From positions 1 to 54,359 of the IMG/VR virus record IMGVR_UViG_3300037761_000240: 54,359 bases of DNA; one strand, 5' to 3'. Position 1 is the stretch's first letter; the number at the start of each line of letters is the position of its first letter. Shown in pieces: positions 1 through 8,562 of this stretch. This stretch comes from a virus. Taxonomy: Duplodnaviria; Caudoviricetes. The position numbers and the translations under genes were made by a program. The notes below the pieces were generated by a model. The model did no database searches. It saw only the letters and a program-made list of their open reading frames with translations, and was not told the origin of the DNA.

Positions 1-130
1 CCGTCGTCTTCAAAGCATGCCTCGCACACCACTCCGCCGTCCTGGTAGGCGACGTCGTCTCCGACCTCGATCGAGCCGTCGCAGTCGGCACATCGTCCGG
101 AGTAATGGGCCTGAAAGACGCGGATCGGGC

Positions 131-760
131 TCACGCTCGGGCCCGCTCGTCGAGCGAAGTCATCAGAATGCGATGCTCGAACTGGACCCGGCGGAAATCG
201 CTCTCGACAGTCTTCATGTAGTCGTCGAAGGACAGACCGTTGAAGATTGCCCAGGTGGGACCTCGTTTGGCCTTCCGTCCGGTCGGAGTCAGAGGCCAGG
301 TCACCTCGGCGTCGACTTCCTCGTAGACCGGAGAGGTCTGGTCCGGCCACAGCTTGCGGACCCGGTCCGACGGGTTCTCCAACGTCGGGAACACCAGTTC
401 GGCCGAGGACGGTGGCGGTGCGTCCAACTCGGTGATGGAGATGGCTCGCCGTTCGATGGCCGTCGGGGGCGGTGCGACCGTGATCTCTTTCGGACGTGTC
501 GGCACCCAGCCGTTGGTCCTGACCGGGGGCGAGACCGGTGCGAAAGCCTGGTCGAGCACGGCGAACACTGGATGAGGAGGCTCGTCTTCGGGCATCTCAG
601 CGAACACGACAGTCGAGGCGTCGACTGTCTCGTCGGTCCGTTCGACCGTTGTCCTCGTCCTGACGACCCGATTGCGAAGAGCCATCTGGTGGGTCCGACG
701 AGCCATCGCGTACATACCGGTGGGGTCGGTGTCGATCTCGGTATCGGCTTTGGCAGCCAT
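131..760 (-). CDS. hypothetical protein
   Basis: 209-aa ORF with AGGAAGGA RBS just downstream of the Pnkp stop; collinear with the operon. Confidence 0.7.
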   Translation of the reverse strand: MAAKADTEIDTDPTGMYAMARRTHQMALRNRVVRTRTTVERTDETVDASTVVFAEMPEDEPPHPVFAVLDQAFAPVSPPVRTNGWVPTRPKEITVAPPPTAIERRAISITELDAPPPSSAELVFPTLENPSDRVRKLWPDQTSPVYEEVDAEVTWPLTPTGRKAKRGPTWAIFNGLSFDDYMKTVESDFRRVQFEHRILMTSLDERARA

Positions 761-772
761 GTTTCCTTCCTA

Positions 773-1738
773 TCAGAAAGGTCCGTCGGCGACCTGGAGG
801 ACGGTCAGACCGAGAGAGCGCCACATGCGCACCACCCGGTTTCGGTCGTCGAACACGTAACGGACGTCGAAGAAGTTCCGGATCGAGGCGTCGAAGATCT
901 CACGCTTGACGACGGCGTCGTTGCGTTCGTCACCGTCGGCACGCATCAGCAGTTGGCCCGCCACGCCGACGTGTTCGCCGATCCAGTTGTAGGTGTCTGC
1001 ATAGCAGGAGTCCGGCCGGCCCGAGACGTAGACGACGCGGTGGCTGGCCGCCAGCATCCGGACCAGTCTGACGACAGGCTGGTTGGGCTGGTCGGTGGAG
1101 ACCTTGTCGTAGTCGTAGTGCCCTCGGCCGTCGACCAGTGCCAGCGTGCCGTCGACATCGACCACGATCGAGGCCGGGCCGAACTCGGGCGGGACGTAGC
1201 GCTCCGGCTCGATCGACGAGACCAGGTCCTCACGGTCCGCCTCGGTCAGATGACCGGCCCGGTAGAACTTCCTGGCCATCTCGCGGATGAAGTCCGCACC
1301 GACGCTTCGATCCTGCTCCCACCGGATCGCATCGCGCCGGACGCACTCCTCGACGTCGACATCGAAGTCGACGGTCAAGAACTTCGCTCCGTGGCTGGCT
1401 GCGATCTCGGCCCAGTTGCGCAGATAGCGACGGCGAAGGTTCATGTCGTCGACCACGACTGAGACTCCGGCCTCCAGCAGTGCCCTGACGCTGGCGTGGC
1501 TGGCGTGGGTGACGGCCTGTTCCTGCGGCCACTGGTAGCTCGCGCCGCCGTGCAGGAGCACCCGCAGGTCGTCCCGGTTGACCCGGGCTCGATGGTTCCG
1601 GTCCTCGTCCACCCAGGTGCGGGCCCAGGTCGTCTTGCCTGACGCCGGCAGCCCTCGGGTGGCGACCAGGGCCAGATAGGGCTTGCCGGTCTCGGACAAG
1701 CTCTCGACTCGCTGGGCCAGTGCTTCGACGCCGCTCAC
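773..1738 (-). CDS. pnk: polynucleotide kinase/3'-phosphatase (T4 PseT-like Pnkp)
   Basis: P-loop GLPASGKT, RDDLR, HAD motif DVDGT, SGR and FDDR; GTG start overlaps the upstream TGA (GTGA). Confidence 0.93.
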   Translation of the reverse strand: MSGVEALAQRVESLSETGKPYLALVATRGLPASGKTTWARTWVDEDRNHRARVNRDDLRVLLHGGASYQWPQEQAVTHASHASVRALLEAGVSVVVDDMNLRRRYLRNWAEIAASHGAKFLTVDFDVDVEECVRRDAIRWEQDRSVGADFIREMARKFYRAGHLTEADREDLVSSIEPERYVPPEFGPASIVVDVDGTLALVDGRGHYDYDKVSTDQPNQPVVRLVRMLAASHRVVYVSGRPDSCYADTYNWIGEHVGVAGQLLMRADGDERNDAVVKREIFDASIRNFFDVRYVFDDRNRVVRMWRSLGLTVLQVADGPF

Positions 1739-2415
1739 AGAAATCCTTTCCGAATGCCGTTGAGCACTGCTCTGACGGACTCTCGATGAGGCTGGTCCGG
1801 CAGTACGGTCGTGATGATCGCCGTTCGTGTCAGTTCGGCCTCTCGACGATAGACCTCCAGCATCTGCTCGCTGGTCATGTCGTCGAAGTCCCAGTAGATC
1901 TGGGGGTCCGGGACGCGCAGGGTCAGCTCGCCGGTCTCCAGCAGCTCTCGACCCTGGCGAAGCAGTCGGAGCATGTGACGACCGTGTTTGGCCGTCCGTT
2001 TCCGTGTGTCGGCCGAGAATGATCCGTCGCCACGACTTTCCAGCTTGCGCGCCTGTGCCAGCGCGTACCCGAGATAGGCGTTGGCGACCGCGTGGGAGGA
2101 CAGGAAGCCGGTTCGGAAATCGATCAGCCACTGACCGGCCCAGTTCTTGAACAGGGGGCGCTCGACCCAGAGCAGTTCGGTAATCGTCGGGTTGCCCTTC
2201 AGCGCGAGCCGACAGAACTTGCCGACCTCGTGCATTGTCGAGTCAGGACCGGTGGTGACATGGGTCTCGCGGTGCTTGGACCAGTCGAGACCGGCGACCT
2301 CCAGCGTTGGTGCAGCATAGACGCCCAGCCGGTCGACATCAGAGCCTTCACGGTCGAGACCGTAGGCGGTCGAGCCGACCACAGCCTCCAGAATGACGAC
2401 GTTCTCGTCCACCAT
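1735..2415 (-). CDS. Pol-beta superfamily nucleotidyltransferase (RlaP/Nuc-transf type)
   Basis: GSTAYGL...SDVD motif, KGNPTITELLW, KHGRHMLRLL; sits between RNA ligase and Pnkp. Confidence 0.85.
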   Translation of the reverse strand: MVDENVVILEAVVGSTAYGLDREGSDVDRLGVYAAPTLEVAGLDWSKHRETHVTTGPDSTMHEVGKFCRLALKGNPTITELLWVERPLFKNWAGQWLIDFRTGFLSSHAVANAYLGYALAQARKLESRGDGSFSADTRKRTAKHGRHMLRLLRQGRELLETGELTLRVPDPQIYWDFDDMTSEQMLEVYRREAELTRTAIITTVLPDQPHRESVRAVLNGIRKGFL

Positions 2416-3521
2416 CAGGCCACATCCTCGGACTGCTCGAACGGCCGTGTCGCCCCCGAGGGCTTCAGCGACTTCCAGATCATCGGCAAGATGTCCCGGC
2501 CGTCGAGCAGGGAGAAGACACAGGCGAGAACCAACCGGTCCTCGATCTTGCTCGTGGCCAACAGCGCGAACGACTTCCGGTCGGTCGCCGACTCGAAGAT
2601 GTGGGCGTATTCCCGGTGAGCCTGGTGGGCGATCCGGCTCTGTCGGGCAAGCAGGTCATCGTGCACGCCTCGGGTCCAGGAGTACAGCTCGTCGGGCAGG
2701 GATCCCAGCAGCTCGTTGAGCACGCCGTAGCCCTCGTAACCCTGCTCCCAGACCACGCGCTCGTTCAGCCCGGTCACGATCTTGTGCAGGGCCACGTAGT
2801 CAGCCTGCTTGATTTTCACCAGTTTGGGCGATTCCAGGTAGCGCACGACCAGGCCCTCGGCGTTGGGTCGGACTGGAGCGTGGAGCGCCTCGGTCAAGGT
2901 CATGTATGTGAGCACCTCAGCCTTAGGGCCGGGCCAGTTCCAACCTTCCGGGCCGGCCATCTCACCGGTCTCGATGTTGACGGCGCCGAGCAGGATCAGG
3001 TCGTCCTGCTTCCCATAGTCGAGCACGATCCGGTTCTCGGGGTAGACGATCTCGAACAGGAAGGTCCAGTTCCGGTTCGGCTCCCACCAAGCCTTGTAAC
3101 GGCTCTGCCAGACCGTGGTGGCGTGAATGGCCTGATCGGAGGTGAACGAGCCTCGGGTGGCGACGATGTACTTGCCCTTGCCGATGGGCACCAGGATGCC
3201 AAGCGAGCCGTCGGCCTTGTCGGTGACCTCGACCGGAGCGGCCATGTCCAGCTCGCCGGCCATCGGGTCGCCGTAGTTGAAGAACTTCGACCAGGGCCGA
3301 GCGACGACGTGGCCAGTGGGGACGTGCTCGACCAGGCCGCGACAAATCCGGACCGCCGGGTTGGCCAGAGCTTCCGGCGTGTAAGAAGCGACCTTCGAGT
3401 AGTTGAAGATCAACAGCGGCATCGTCGGGTGCTCGCGCACGTTGATCCAGCCCGCCTCGCGGGCGGCCATGAACTCGCCGAAGTCGACCAGGTCGAGCAG
3501 CCGGGGGTAGATCGGGTTCAC
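2415..3521 (-). CDS. RNA ligase (T4 Rnl1-like)
   Basis: IFNYS, CRGL, KFFN, motif I KADGSL, ATRGSF, FEIV, EGLV, KIK. Confidence 0.92.
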   Translation of the reverse strand: MNPIYPRLLDLVDFGEFMAAREAGWINVREHPTMPLLIFNYSKVASYTPEALANPAVRICRGLVEHVPTGHVVARPWSKFFNYGDPMAGELDMAAPVEVTDKADGSLGILVPIGKGKYIVATRGSFTSDQAIHATTVWQSRYKAWWEPNRNWTFLFEIVYPENRIVLDYGKQDDLILLGAVNIETGEMAGPEGWNWPGPKAEVLTYMTLTEALHAPVRPNAEGLVVRYLESPKLVKIKQADYVALHKIVTGLNERVVWEQGYEGYGVLNELLGSLPDELYSWTRGVHDDLLARQSRIAHQAHREYAHIFESATDRKSFALLATSKIEDRLVLACVFSLLDGRDILPMIWKSLKPSGATRPFEQSEDVA

Positions 3522-3703
3522 GCGGTCTCGATCCTCTCGCGCATCCGTCGGTAGGCGTCGGCTACGTCCGGGTGTACCCGGTCGAGCAGAACGGCGATAC
3601 CGGCCTCGCGAGCCTCGTCCAACGGCAGAGTCGCGCCAATGGTGACCAGAGTCTCGACGGCCTTCTTGTCATCGGCCTTCTGCCATGCCGTCCGGTAATC
3701 CAT
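3518..3703 (-). CDS. hypothetical protein
   Basis: ORF with AAAGGA RBS; stop overlaps the ligase start. Confidence 0.6.
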   Translation of the reverse strand: MDYRTAWQKADDKKAVETLVTIGATLPLDEAREAGIAVLLDRVHPDVADAYRRMRERIETA

Positions 3704-3744
3704 TGGCCCCACGTCCTTTCGTCGGTATGTCGTGCGTCAGAAGA

Positions 3745-3774
3745 AACGTACCAGGCCCCCTGATCTAGTGTCAA
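3745..3774 (-). promoter_or_regulatory. sigma70-type promoter for the RNA-repair operon
   Basis: TTGACA-N18-TACGTT on minus strand; overlaps the inverted repeat GGCCCCCTGAT/ATCAGGGGGCC (3754-3784), a probable terminator for upstream genes. Confidence 0.65.
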
Positions 3775-3805
3775 TCAGGGGGCCGGTCATCAGGTGGTAC
3801 TGGGA

Positions 3806-4015
3806 TCACAGCTCGCTGGTTGCACCTACGAACGCGGCCCACTCGCCTGCGGTGAACACGAGTGCCGGTCCGGTCGGGAAGCGCGAGTTGCGAACCGCGC
3901 GGCCTCCGTCGGACAGCTTGGCCACCTCGACACAGTTTCCGCTCGGGTTGGACAGCCGGCTCTTCTGCCAGGGGTACGGCAGTTGGTCGGCGGGCATTCC
4001 ATTGGTCGGAAGCAT
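3806..4015 (-). CDS. DUF397 family protein
   Basis: WQKSRLS...GNCVEVA...AVRNSR..P.GPALVFTAGEWAAFV signature; AAGGAGG RBS. Confidence 0.9.
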   Translation of the reverse strand: MLPTNGMPADQLPYPWQKSRLSNPSGNCVEVAKLSDGGRAVRNSRFPTGPALVFTAGEWAAFVGATSEL

Positions 4016-4067
4016 GATCGATACCTCCTTCCTCATCGTCGATCGTGGACGGGGGACAGATCAGCCT

Positions 4068-4166
4068 TCAGCGCCTGGGCGCTGGCTGCTGTGGTCGCGG
4101 GGGGCGCTGTCCAGACGGGTTGTGATGCCGCTGGGGGCGCTCCTGAGGCGTGTTCTGTCGCGCCAT
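4068..4166 (-). CDS. 32-aa Pro/Gln/Arg-rich peptide
   Basis: MARQNTPQERPQRHHNPSGQRPPRPQQPAPRR with GAGGAGG RBS (below the ORF-track cutoff). Confidence 0.55.
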   Translation of the reverse strand: MARQNTPQERPQRHHNPSGQRPPRPQQPAPRR

Positions 4167-4188
4167 TGCGATACTTCCTCCTCTCGAC

Positions 4189-4272
4189 CTATCGGCTCTT
4201 GCTCCCTCCTTTCTGATATTCCGGGTCTCCCCGGCGAACGCTTGGCCTCTTCAGATCCTCGGACCTGGACAT
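4189..4272 (-). CDS. 27-aa basic peptide
   Basis: MSRSEDLKRPSVRRGDPEYQKGGSKSR; TGATG coupling to the upstream peptide. Confidence 0.45.
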   Translation of the reverse strand: MSRSEDLKRPSVRRGDPEYQKGGSKSR

Positions 4273-4352
4273 CAGGGATCCTTCCTCGGATTCTGCCGCG
4301 TCGGTGGCGACTGCTTCACTGGGTTCGTTTGACGCGGTGGGTTCTGGACCAT
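4272..4352 (-). CDS. 26-aa Pro/Gln-rich peptide
   Basis: MVQNPPRQTNPVKQSPPTRQNPRKDP with AAGGAGG RBS. Confidence 0.55.
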   Translation of the reverse strand: MVQNPPRQTNPVKQSPPTRQNPRKDP

Positions 4353-4365
4353 GTGCTTGCCTCCT

Positions 4366-4473
4366 TCAGTCGTTCTTGCGACGCTGGTGGCCTTTGGCAC
4401 CGCTGTGCATGTTGCGATGGGTGCCACTGCCGCCTTTCTTGGGCTGGGAGTTCCCAGGTCGTCTGCCGGCCAT
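4366..4473 (-). CDS. 35-aa basic peptide
   Basis: MAGRRPGNSQPKKGGSGTHRNMHSGAKGHQRRKND with GAGAAGG RBS. Confidence 0.5.
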   Translation of the reverse strand: MAGRRPGNSQPKKGGSGTHRNMHSGAKGHQRRKND

Positions 4474-4509
4474 AGGCCACCTTCTCTCGGTTCGGATTCT
4501 GGATCGAGT

Positions 4510-4539
4510 CGGAGGCCACCACCGAAGCAGTGGCCTCCG
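4510..4539 (-). terminator. C(UUCG)G-capped hairpin
   Basis: minus strand CGGAGGCCACTGC-TTCG-GTGGTGGCCTCCG downstream of the lipoprotein gene; no U-tract. Confidence 0.5.
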
Positions 4540-4570
4540 GCCCTTCTTACCGCGACTGCCACCGAGGCGG

Positions 4571-5143
4571 TCAGTCGACGTCGGAGACCTCGGTCGGGCC
4601 CAACGGCTGGGTGTCGGCGTAGCGGGGCAGCGGCTCCTCGAACAGGAGCACGTTGATCCCCAGGCCGGCGGTGTACTCCAGGTAGGTGCCGGTGGTGGCG
4701 TCCTTGCCGTAGTACGTCATGCACTGACCACCGGAGTAGTACACACCATCCACACCGGGTGCCGGCACCATGACGTCTTGGCTGCCGCCGACCGCGTCCA
4801 CGTTTTCGAACTCGTAGGTCGGGGTGAGCGCCGCGCACATGTTGACCGGCAGGCCCTCCATCACGTAGTAGCCGATCATCGTGCCGTCGGCGTTCTGGAG
4901 GTAGACGTAGGACAGCTTGCCCGGCTCGTCCCAGGTCGAGATCCAGAAGTTGATCGTCTCCCGGGTGGGCGAGTAGCTCATCCGCTCGGCCGGCTGGGCA
5001 TCTACCTGAGCGTTGTAGCTGGCCGAACGGGACTCGCTCTCGGACTGCTGGGACGAAGCCTCCTCCTCACACGAGTTGGCACTGATGAGCACGGCGACGG
5101 CGATGACGCCTACCGCGACGATCTTGTTTCTTAGGGTGCGCAT
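4571..5143 (-). CDS. putative lipoprotein
   Basis: basic N-terminus, hydrophobic stretch, ANSC lipobox-like Cys. Confidence 0.7.
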   Translation of the reverse strand: MRTLRNKIVAVGVIAVAVLISANSCEEEASSQQSESESRSASYNAQVDAQPAERMSYSPTRETINFWISTWDEPGKLSYVYLQNADGTMIGYYVMEGLPVNMCAALTPTYEFENVDAVGGSQDVMVPAPGVDGVYYSGGQCMTYYGKDATTGTYLEYTAGLGINVLLFEEPLPRYADTQPLGPTEVSDVD

Positions 5144-5628
5144 TGGGTCTCCTCATCATCGGTGTCGAGCCTGAACGGGAGGTCCAGGTCTCGAAAATCT
5201 GCGGCCGTGAAATCCCTGGCCGCGAGGGAGTTGTACTCGTTGACGCTCTCCGCACGCTGCGCCCGGATGGCGCTGATGCTGGTGGTGAGCACGAAGGTTC
5301 GCTCTGGTGTGGCTGTTGCCATCTCCTGTTCGTAGACCTCGATGCGGTTCTCGGCGGTCTGCACCGAGGCGCAGATGTCGAAGAACTGGTTGTAGATCGC
5401 GATCCGGTAGTCGCCGTCGGCGTAGATGCGCTCGCGGGCCTCGGTCTCGCCACGGAAGTCGGCGGTCGACCGGGCGAAGAAGCCCCAGCCGAACGTCCAC
5501 ATCAGCAGGCCGACGATCGCCACGACGATGATGCCGATCACCGCCCCAATGGCCCACTTGGTGCCCCAGAGCGTGCCCCTCGTGACGTCCTTGTTGACGT
5601 CGCGCCAGTCGTCCTTGTCGATGCTCAC
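5131..5628 (-). CDS. membrane protein
   Basis: one TM segment plus helical domain; GTG start overlaps the upstream stop. Confidence 0.7.
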   Translation of the reverse strand: MSIDKDDWRDVNKDVTRGTLWGTKWAIGAVIGIIVVAIVGLLMWTFGWGFFARSTADFRGETEARERIYADGDYRIAIYNQFFDICASVQTAENRIEVYEQEMATATPERTFVLTTSISAIRAQRAESVNEYNSLAARDFTAADFRDLDLPFRLDTDDEETQCAP

Positions 5629-5933
5629 GGCAGGTATCCCTTCTCTCGCAGCAGTCGGTCGATGCCGACGCCCTCGACATGGTGCGCGGCCTCGGCGGCG
5701 GCCTCGGTCGCGTCGGTGAACATCTCCCGGCCGAACCAACGTGAAATCGCCTCGTCCACCGCGACCATCCGGATCAGGTCGTGATCGAGGGTCGTTCCGT
5801 CGATCACGACCATCCTGCCTGGGGCATAGTCGGCAGCAGTGGCGGACTCGATGAAGAAGCCGGCCTCCCGCAGCGCGCTGAAGATCAGCGTCTGACGGAT
5901 CTCGACCAAGTTCTCGACCAGCGTCTCAGCCAT
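5625..5933 (-). CDS. hypothetical protein
   Basis: coupled ORF in the leftward gene string. Confidence 0.6.
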   Translation of the reverse strand: MAETLVENLVEIRQTLIFSALREAGFFIESATAADYAPGRMVVIDGTTLDHDLIRMVAVDEAISRWFGREMFTDATEAAAEAAHHVEGVGIDRLLREKGYLP

Positions 5934-6105
5934 CGCCGAGCTTCCGATCGAGTTTGTCGAGGGCACTACGGAGCGCCTGCATGCTCCTGAGATCGAGGCC
6001 GATGGTCTCGGCGTCCTGGTATTCGGCGACCGCCTTGGCGTACCCGGCGGCCTCCGACAGGGCTTCCGCCTCCTCTGTGAGGAGGTAGATCCGGACGCCG
6101 GCCAT
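5926..6105 (-). CDS. hypothetical protein
   Basis: MAGVRIYLL..., coupled ORF. Confidence 0.55.
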   Translation of the reverse strand: MAGVRIYLLTEEAEALSEAAGYAKAVAEYQDAETIGLDLRSMQALRSALDKLDRKLGDG

Positions 6106-6278
6106 CAGAACGCCGCGCGGGTGTAGACGCGGGTCAAGCCGGTGGCCGGCTGAACGACGGCGAACTGGTCGGTGATCGGGTCGTAGTCGGTGCGCCAGCC
6201 GGGCAGCGGGTTGGCCATGACCTCGCGGGGGACCACGTCGTGGATTTCCCGGCATTCGTACAGGCCGAGGCTGGTCAC
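6105..6278 (-). CDS. hypothetical protein
   Basis: GTG start overlapping the upstream stop. Confidence 0.5.
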   Translation of the reverse strand: MTSLGLYECREIHDVVPREVMANPLPGWRTDYDPITDQFAVVQPATGLTRVYTRAAF

Positions 6279-6706
6279 GGTACCTGCTCCACGATCATGT
6301 TGAGGCCGTTGTCCGGGTGGTACGACCAGGATGCTTCGAAGTCGCCCCAGGCAGCTTGCTGAACACCCATCATCGCGGTCGTTCTCTCGATCTGAGATGC
6401 GACAGAGTCGGGCATGTCCAGCTCGGCCAGAACGCACACGATGTCGTAGATCGACGCACCTGAGGACTCTTCGCCCTCACCTATCAGTGTCAACGACGAG
6501 CCCTCATCACCGAGGGTGATGTACGTGACACCATCCGGACGACCAGCAGCGCAGATGTTCTTGGCTGCCTCCAGTTCGGACCGGGGCTCTTCCCCGGTGA
6601 CTGAGTCACCGCCGTCATCACTACTGACGAGAACAACTGCGATGCCAACCAGGAGGCAAACCCCCAGTACCAGCGTGATACGGAACCACCACCTAGACAG
6701 TGTCAC
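6275..6706 (-). CDS. membrane-anchored/secreted protein
   Basis: N-terminal TM helix, acidic extracellular domain. Confidence 0.7.
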   Translation of the reverse strand: MTLSRWWFRITLVLGVCLLVGIAVVLVSSDDGGDSVTGEEPRSELEAAKNICAAGRPDGVTYITLGDEGSSLTLIGEGEESSGASIYDIVCVLAELDMPDSVASQIERTTAMMGVQQAAWGDFEASWSYHPDNGLNMIVEQVP

Positions 6707-7296
6707 GAGAGGGCCCAGTACTTGCGACCCTCTTCGTTCAGTGCGAAGGTAGAGTCAATGAACAAGTGTCCGCCTTCCAGTGCGGCAGGCGGTACGTCGA
6801 TGATGAAGGTACCGGTGAACTCGCCACCTGGCTCCAGGACTGGAGCATCCATCAGGTCGCCATCGACTACGACGCTGTGATCGAAGTCGTTGTACTGGCG
6901 AGAGTCAGAGCCGGCGATGGTTGCCGTGAGGTCCATGCCCGGCGTACCTTCAAGCTCCACTGCACCGAGGAACGTGACAGCCAGCTTGACCTGAACGTAC
7001 TGCCCGTTTGGTGGATCGTTGTACTCATCGGCAGCCACGATGTCGTTGGCGTTGAGGATCACCTCGGTGACCGTGACCTCCCAGTCGTCACCCACTGTGG
7101 CGGTACTGCCCACGGGTAGCGGGTTCTCGCGAGTGCCCTGCTCGGGAGCAGGTGCTGGCGGCTCGGGGTCGGCCTGTGGCGCCTCGGTCTCCACTGTCTC
7201 GGAAGGCGATGTGTTCCGAACGGACGGCGGATCAGCAGAGCACGCCGTGAAGAACAGTCCACCTCCGACTAGCAGTGCGATGATGCTGCGTTTCAT
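6703..7296 (-). CDS. lipoprotein, DUF4352-like immunoglobulin-fold domain
   Basis: MKRSII...FFTAC lipobox, Pro-rich linker, GTRENPLPVG...WEVTV...YN.PP..QYV motif. Confidence 0.75.
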   Translation of the reverse strand: MKRSIIALLVGGGLFFTACSADPPSVRNTSPSETVETEAPQADPEPPAPAPEQGTRENPLPVGSTATVGDDWEVTVTEVILNANDIVAADEYNDPPNGQYVQVKLAVTFLGAVELEGTPGMDLTATIAGSDSRQYNDFDHSVVVDGDLMDAPVLEPGGEFTGTFIIDVPPAALEGGHLFIDSTFALNEEGRKYWALS

Positions 7297-7416
7297 TGCT
7301 GCGGCCATGGCGGTCTCCAATCGTCGGTTGTCTTGCGTCAGGATCGACCGTAGCAGAGTTTCACCGATGCTGTCTAGTCCGACCTGAAGCTGCGAGACCA
7401 TGCCAGACTCTGCAAT

Positions 7417-7620
7417 ATGTGGTTGACCCGCGAGGAGGCAGCAGCTCATCTGAAGATCAGCTTGCGGACGCTGGACACTTGGGCCTCCGCAGGACGGGTC
7501 GTGTACTACAAGACCAAGTTCCCCGGCGAACGGAAGTCGATCATCCGGTATCGCCAGCGGGATCTCGACGCTGTGCTCGAACGTATCGAACGGCCGGCCG
7601 CAAGCGACCAGCTCACCTAG
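7417..7620 (+). CDS. excisionase/MerR-like (HTH_17) DNA-binding protein
   Basis: WLTREEAAAHLKISLRTLDTW...IRYRQRDLD. Confidence 0.8.
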   Translation: MWLTREEAAAHLKISLRTLDTWASAGRVVYYKTKFPGERKSIIRYRQRDLDAVLERIERPAASDQLT

Positions 7621-7990
7621 TCGTCGCGACCGACCGCTCGTCAGGGGACAGGTCCGACACCTACTCACGCTCCTCCGGGGGCGAAAGAGGGCTTTCGTTA
7701 CTCCCGATGGTAGGTCGGGGCACGTCGGGCCTGTCCGTCTGTGCGTGCAGGACACAGTTAGCACTGTCGATCTCGTGGTTCCCGCCCGAGGCGTTTGCCA
7801 TGAGACGCCCGAGCCCTCATCAGGCTGAGGAAGCATGCCTGCTCCCACCAATACGGCGACATAATCCGGACATACGCTCGTCGGCCCGCTGGCGCTCCTG
7901 CACACGTCTTCAGTTGTCAGACCCTGGTGGACGGAGCCGAGCGGAGGAGCTTGACGTTCCATCCACCAGGGGCTTTGTCCCGACGGTACC

Positions 7991-8479
7991 TCAGAAGGGC
8001 GTGTCGAGTTCCTTGACCTCGCCCTGGGCGCCGGCCGCCTCGGCCGCTTCCTCGGCCTGGGCGCTGGCACCCTCGTCCTCGGCGAAGGCGTCCGCCGGCT
8101 CGTACTTGGCCTGGAACAGGTTCTGCGGGTTGAGCCGGGGCTTGTCCGGGTTCGGCTTCTGACCGGAGAGTCGGACCTTCAGCTTGCCGCCGACCTTGAT
8201 CGGACCCTGGTCCTTGTGGGCCTTGGCCAGCGCGGCGAACAGCGAGCCAGGCTTGGGGGCCCAGAGGTTGTACTTCTCACCGTCGATCAGCAGGCCGACG
8301 ACCACTGCCATCTTCGGGTTGCCGTCGGGCCAGGTAGCCTTCTCGCCTGTATCGAAGTCACGGGACTGGACCTCGACCGCTTCGTCGGTGACGGTGCCGG
8401 TGATCACGGTGCCGATCTTGGCACCCTTCCAGGAGACAGCGGGCTTCTTCTCCGGCACATCGAACGGGTCGTCGCTCAT
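7991..8479 (-). CDS. phage ssDNA-binding protein
   Basis: GTVITGTV...QSRDFDTGE..TWPDGNPK motif, acidic tail ending PF; near the exonuclease. Confidence 0.7.
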   Translation of the reverse strand: MSDDPFDVPEKKPAVSWKGAKIGTVITGTVTDEAVEVQSRDFDTGEKATWPDGNPKMAVVVGLLIDGEKYNLWAPKPGSLFAALAKAHKDQGPIKVGGKLKVRLSGQKPNPDKPRLNPQNLFQAKYEPADAFAEDEGASAQAEEAAEAAGAQGEVKELDTPF

Positions 8480-8562
8480 CGAATGCTCCTTGTCTCGGGC
8501 GACTGACTAGATGTCCGAAGCCAATCAAGAATGTCGTCGAATGTCAACGTTTGAAGGGTGTG

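Noticed and set aside
17-1462. 481-aa plus-strand ORF
   Set aside because: Antisense shadow of Pnkp and its neighbour, typical of high-GC DNA.
7816-7823. Hammerhead ribozyme (CUGAUGAG on the minus strand)
   Set aside because: No correctly placed GAAA with stems II/III found.
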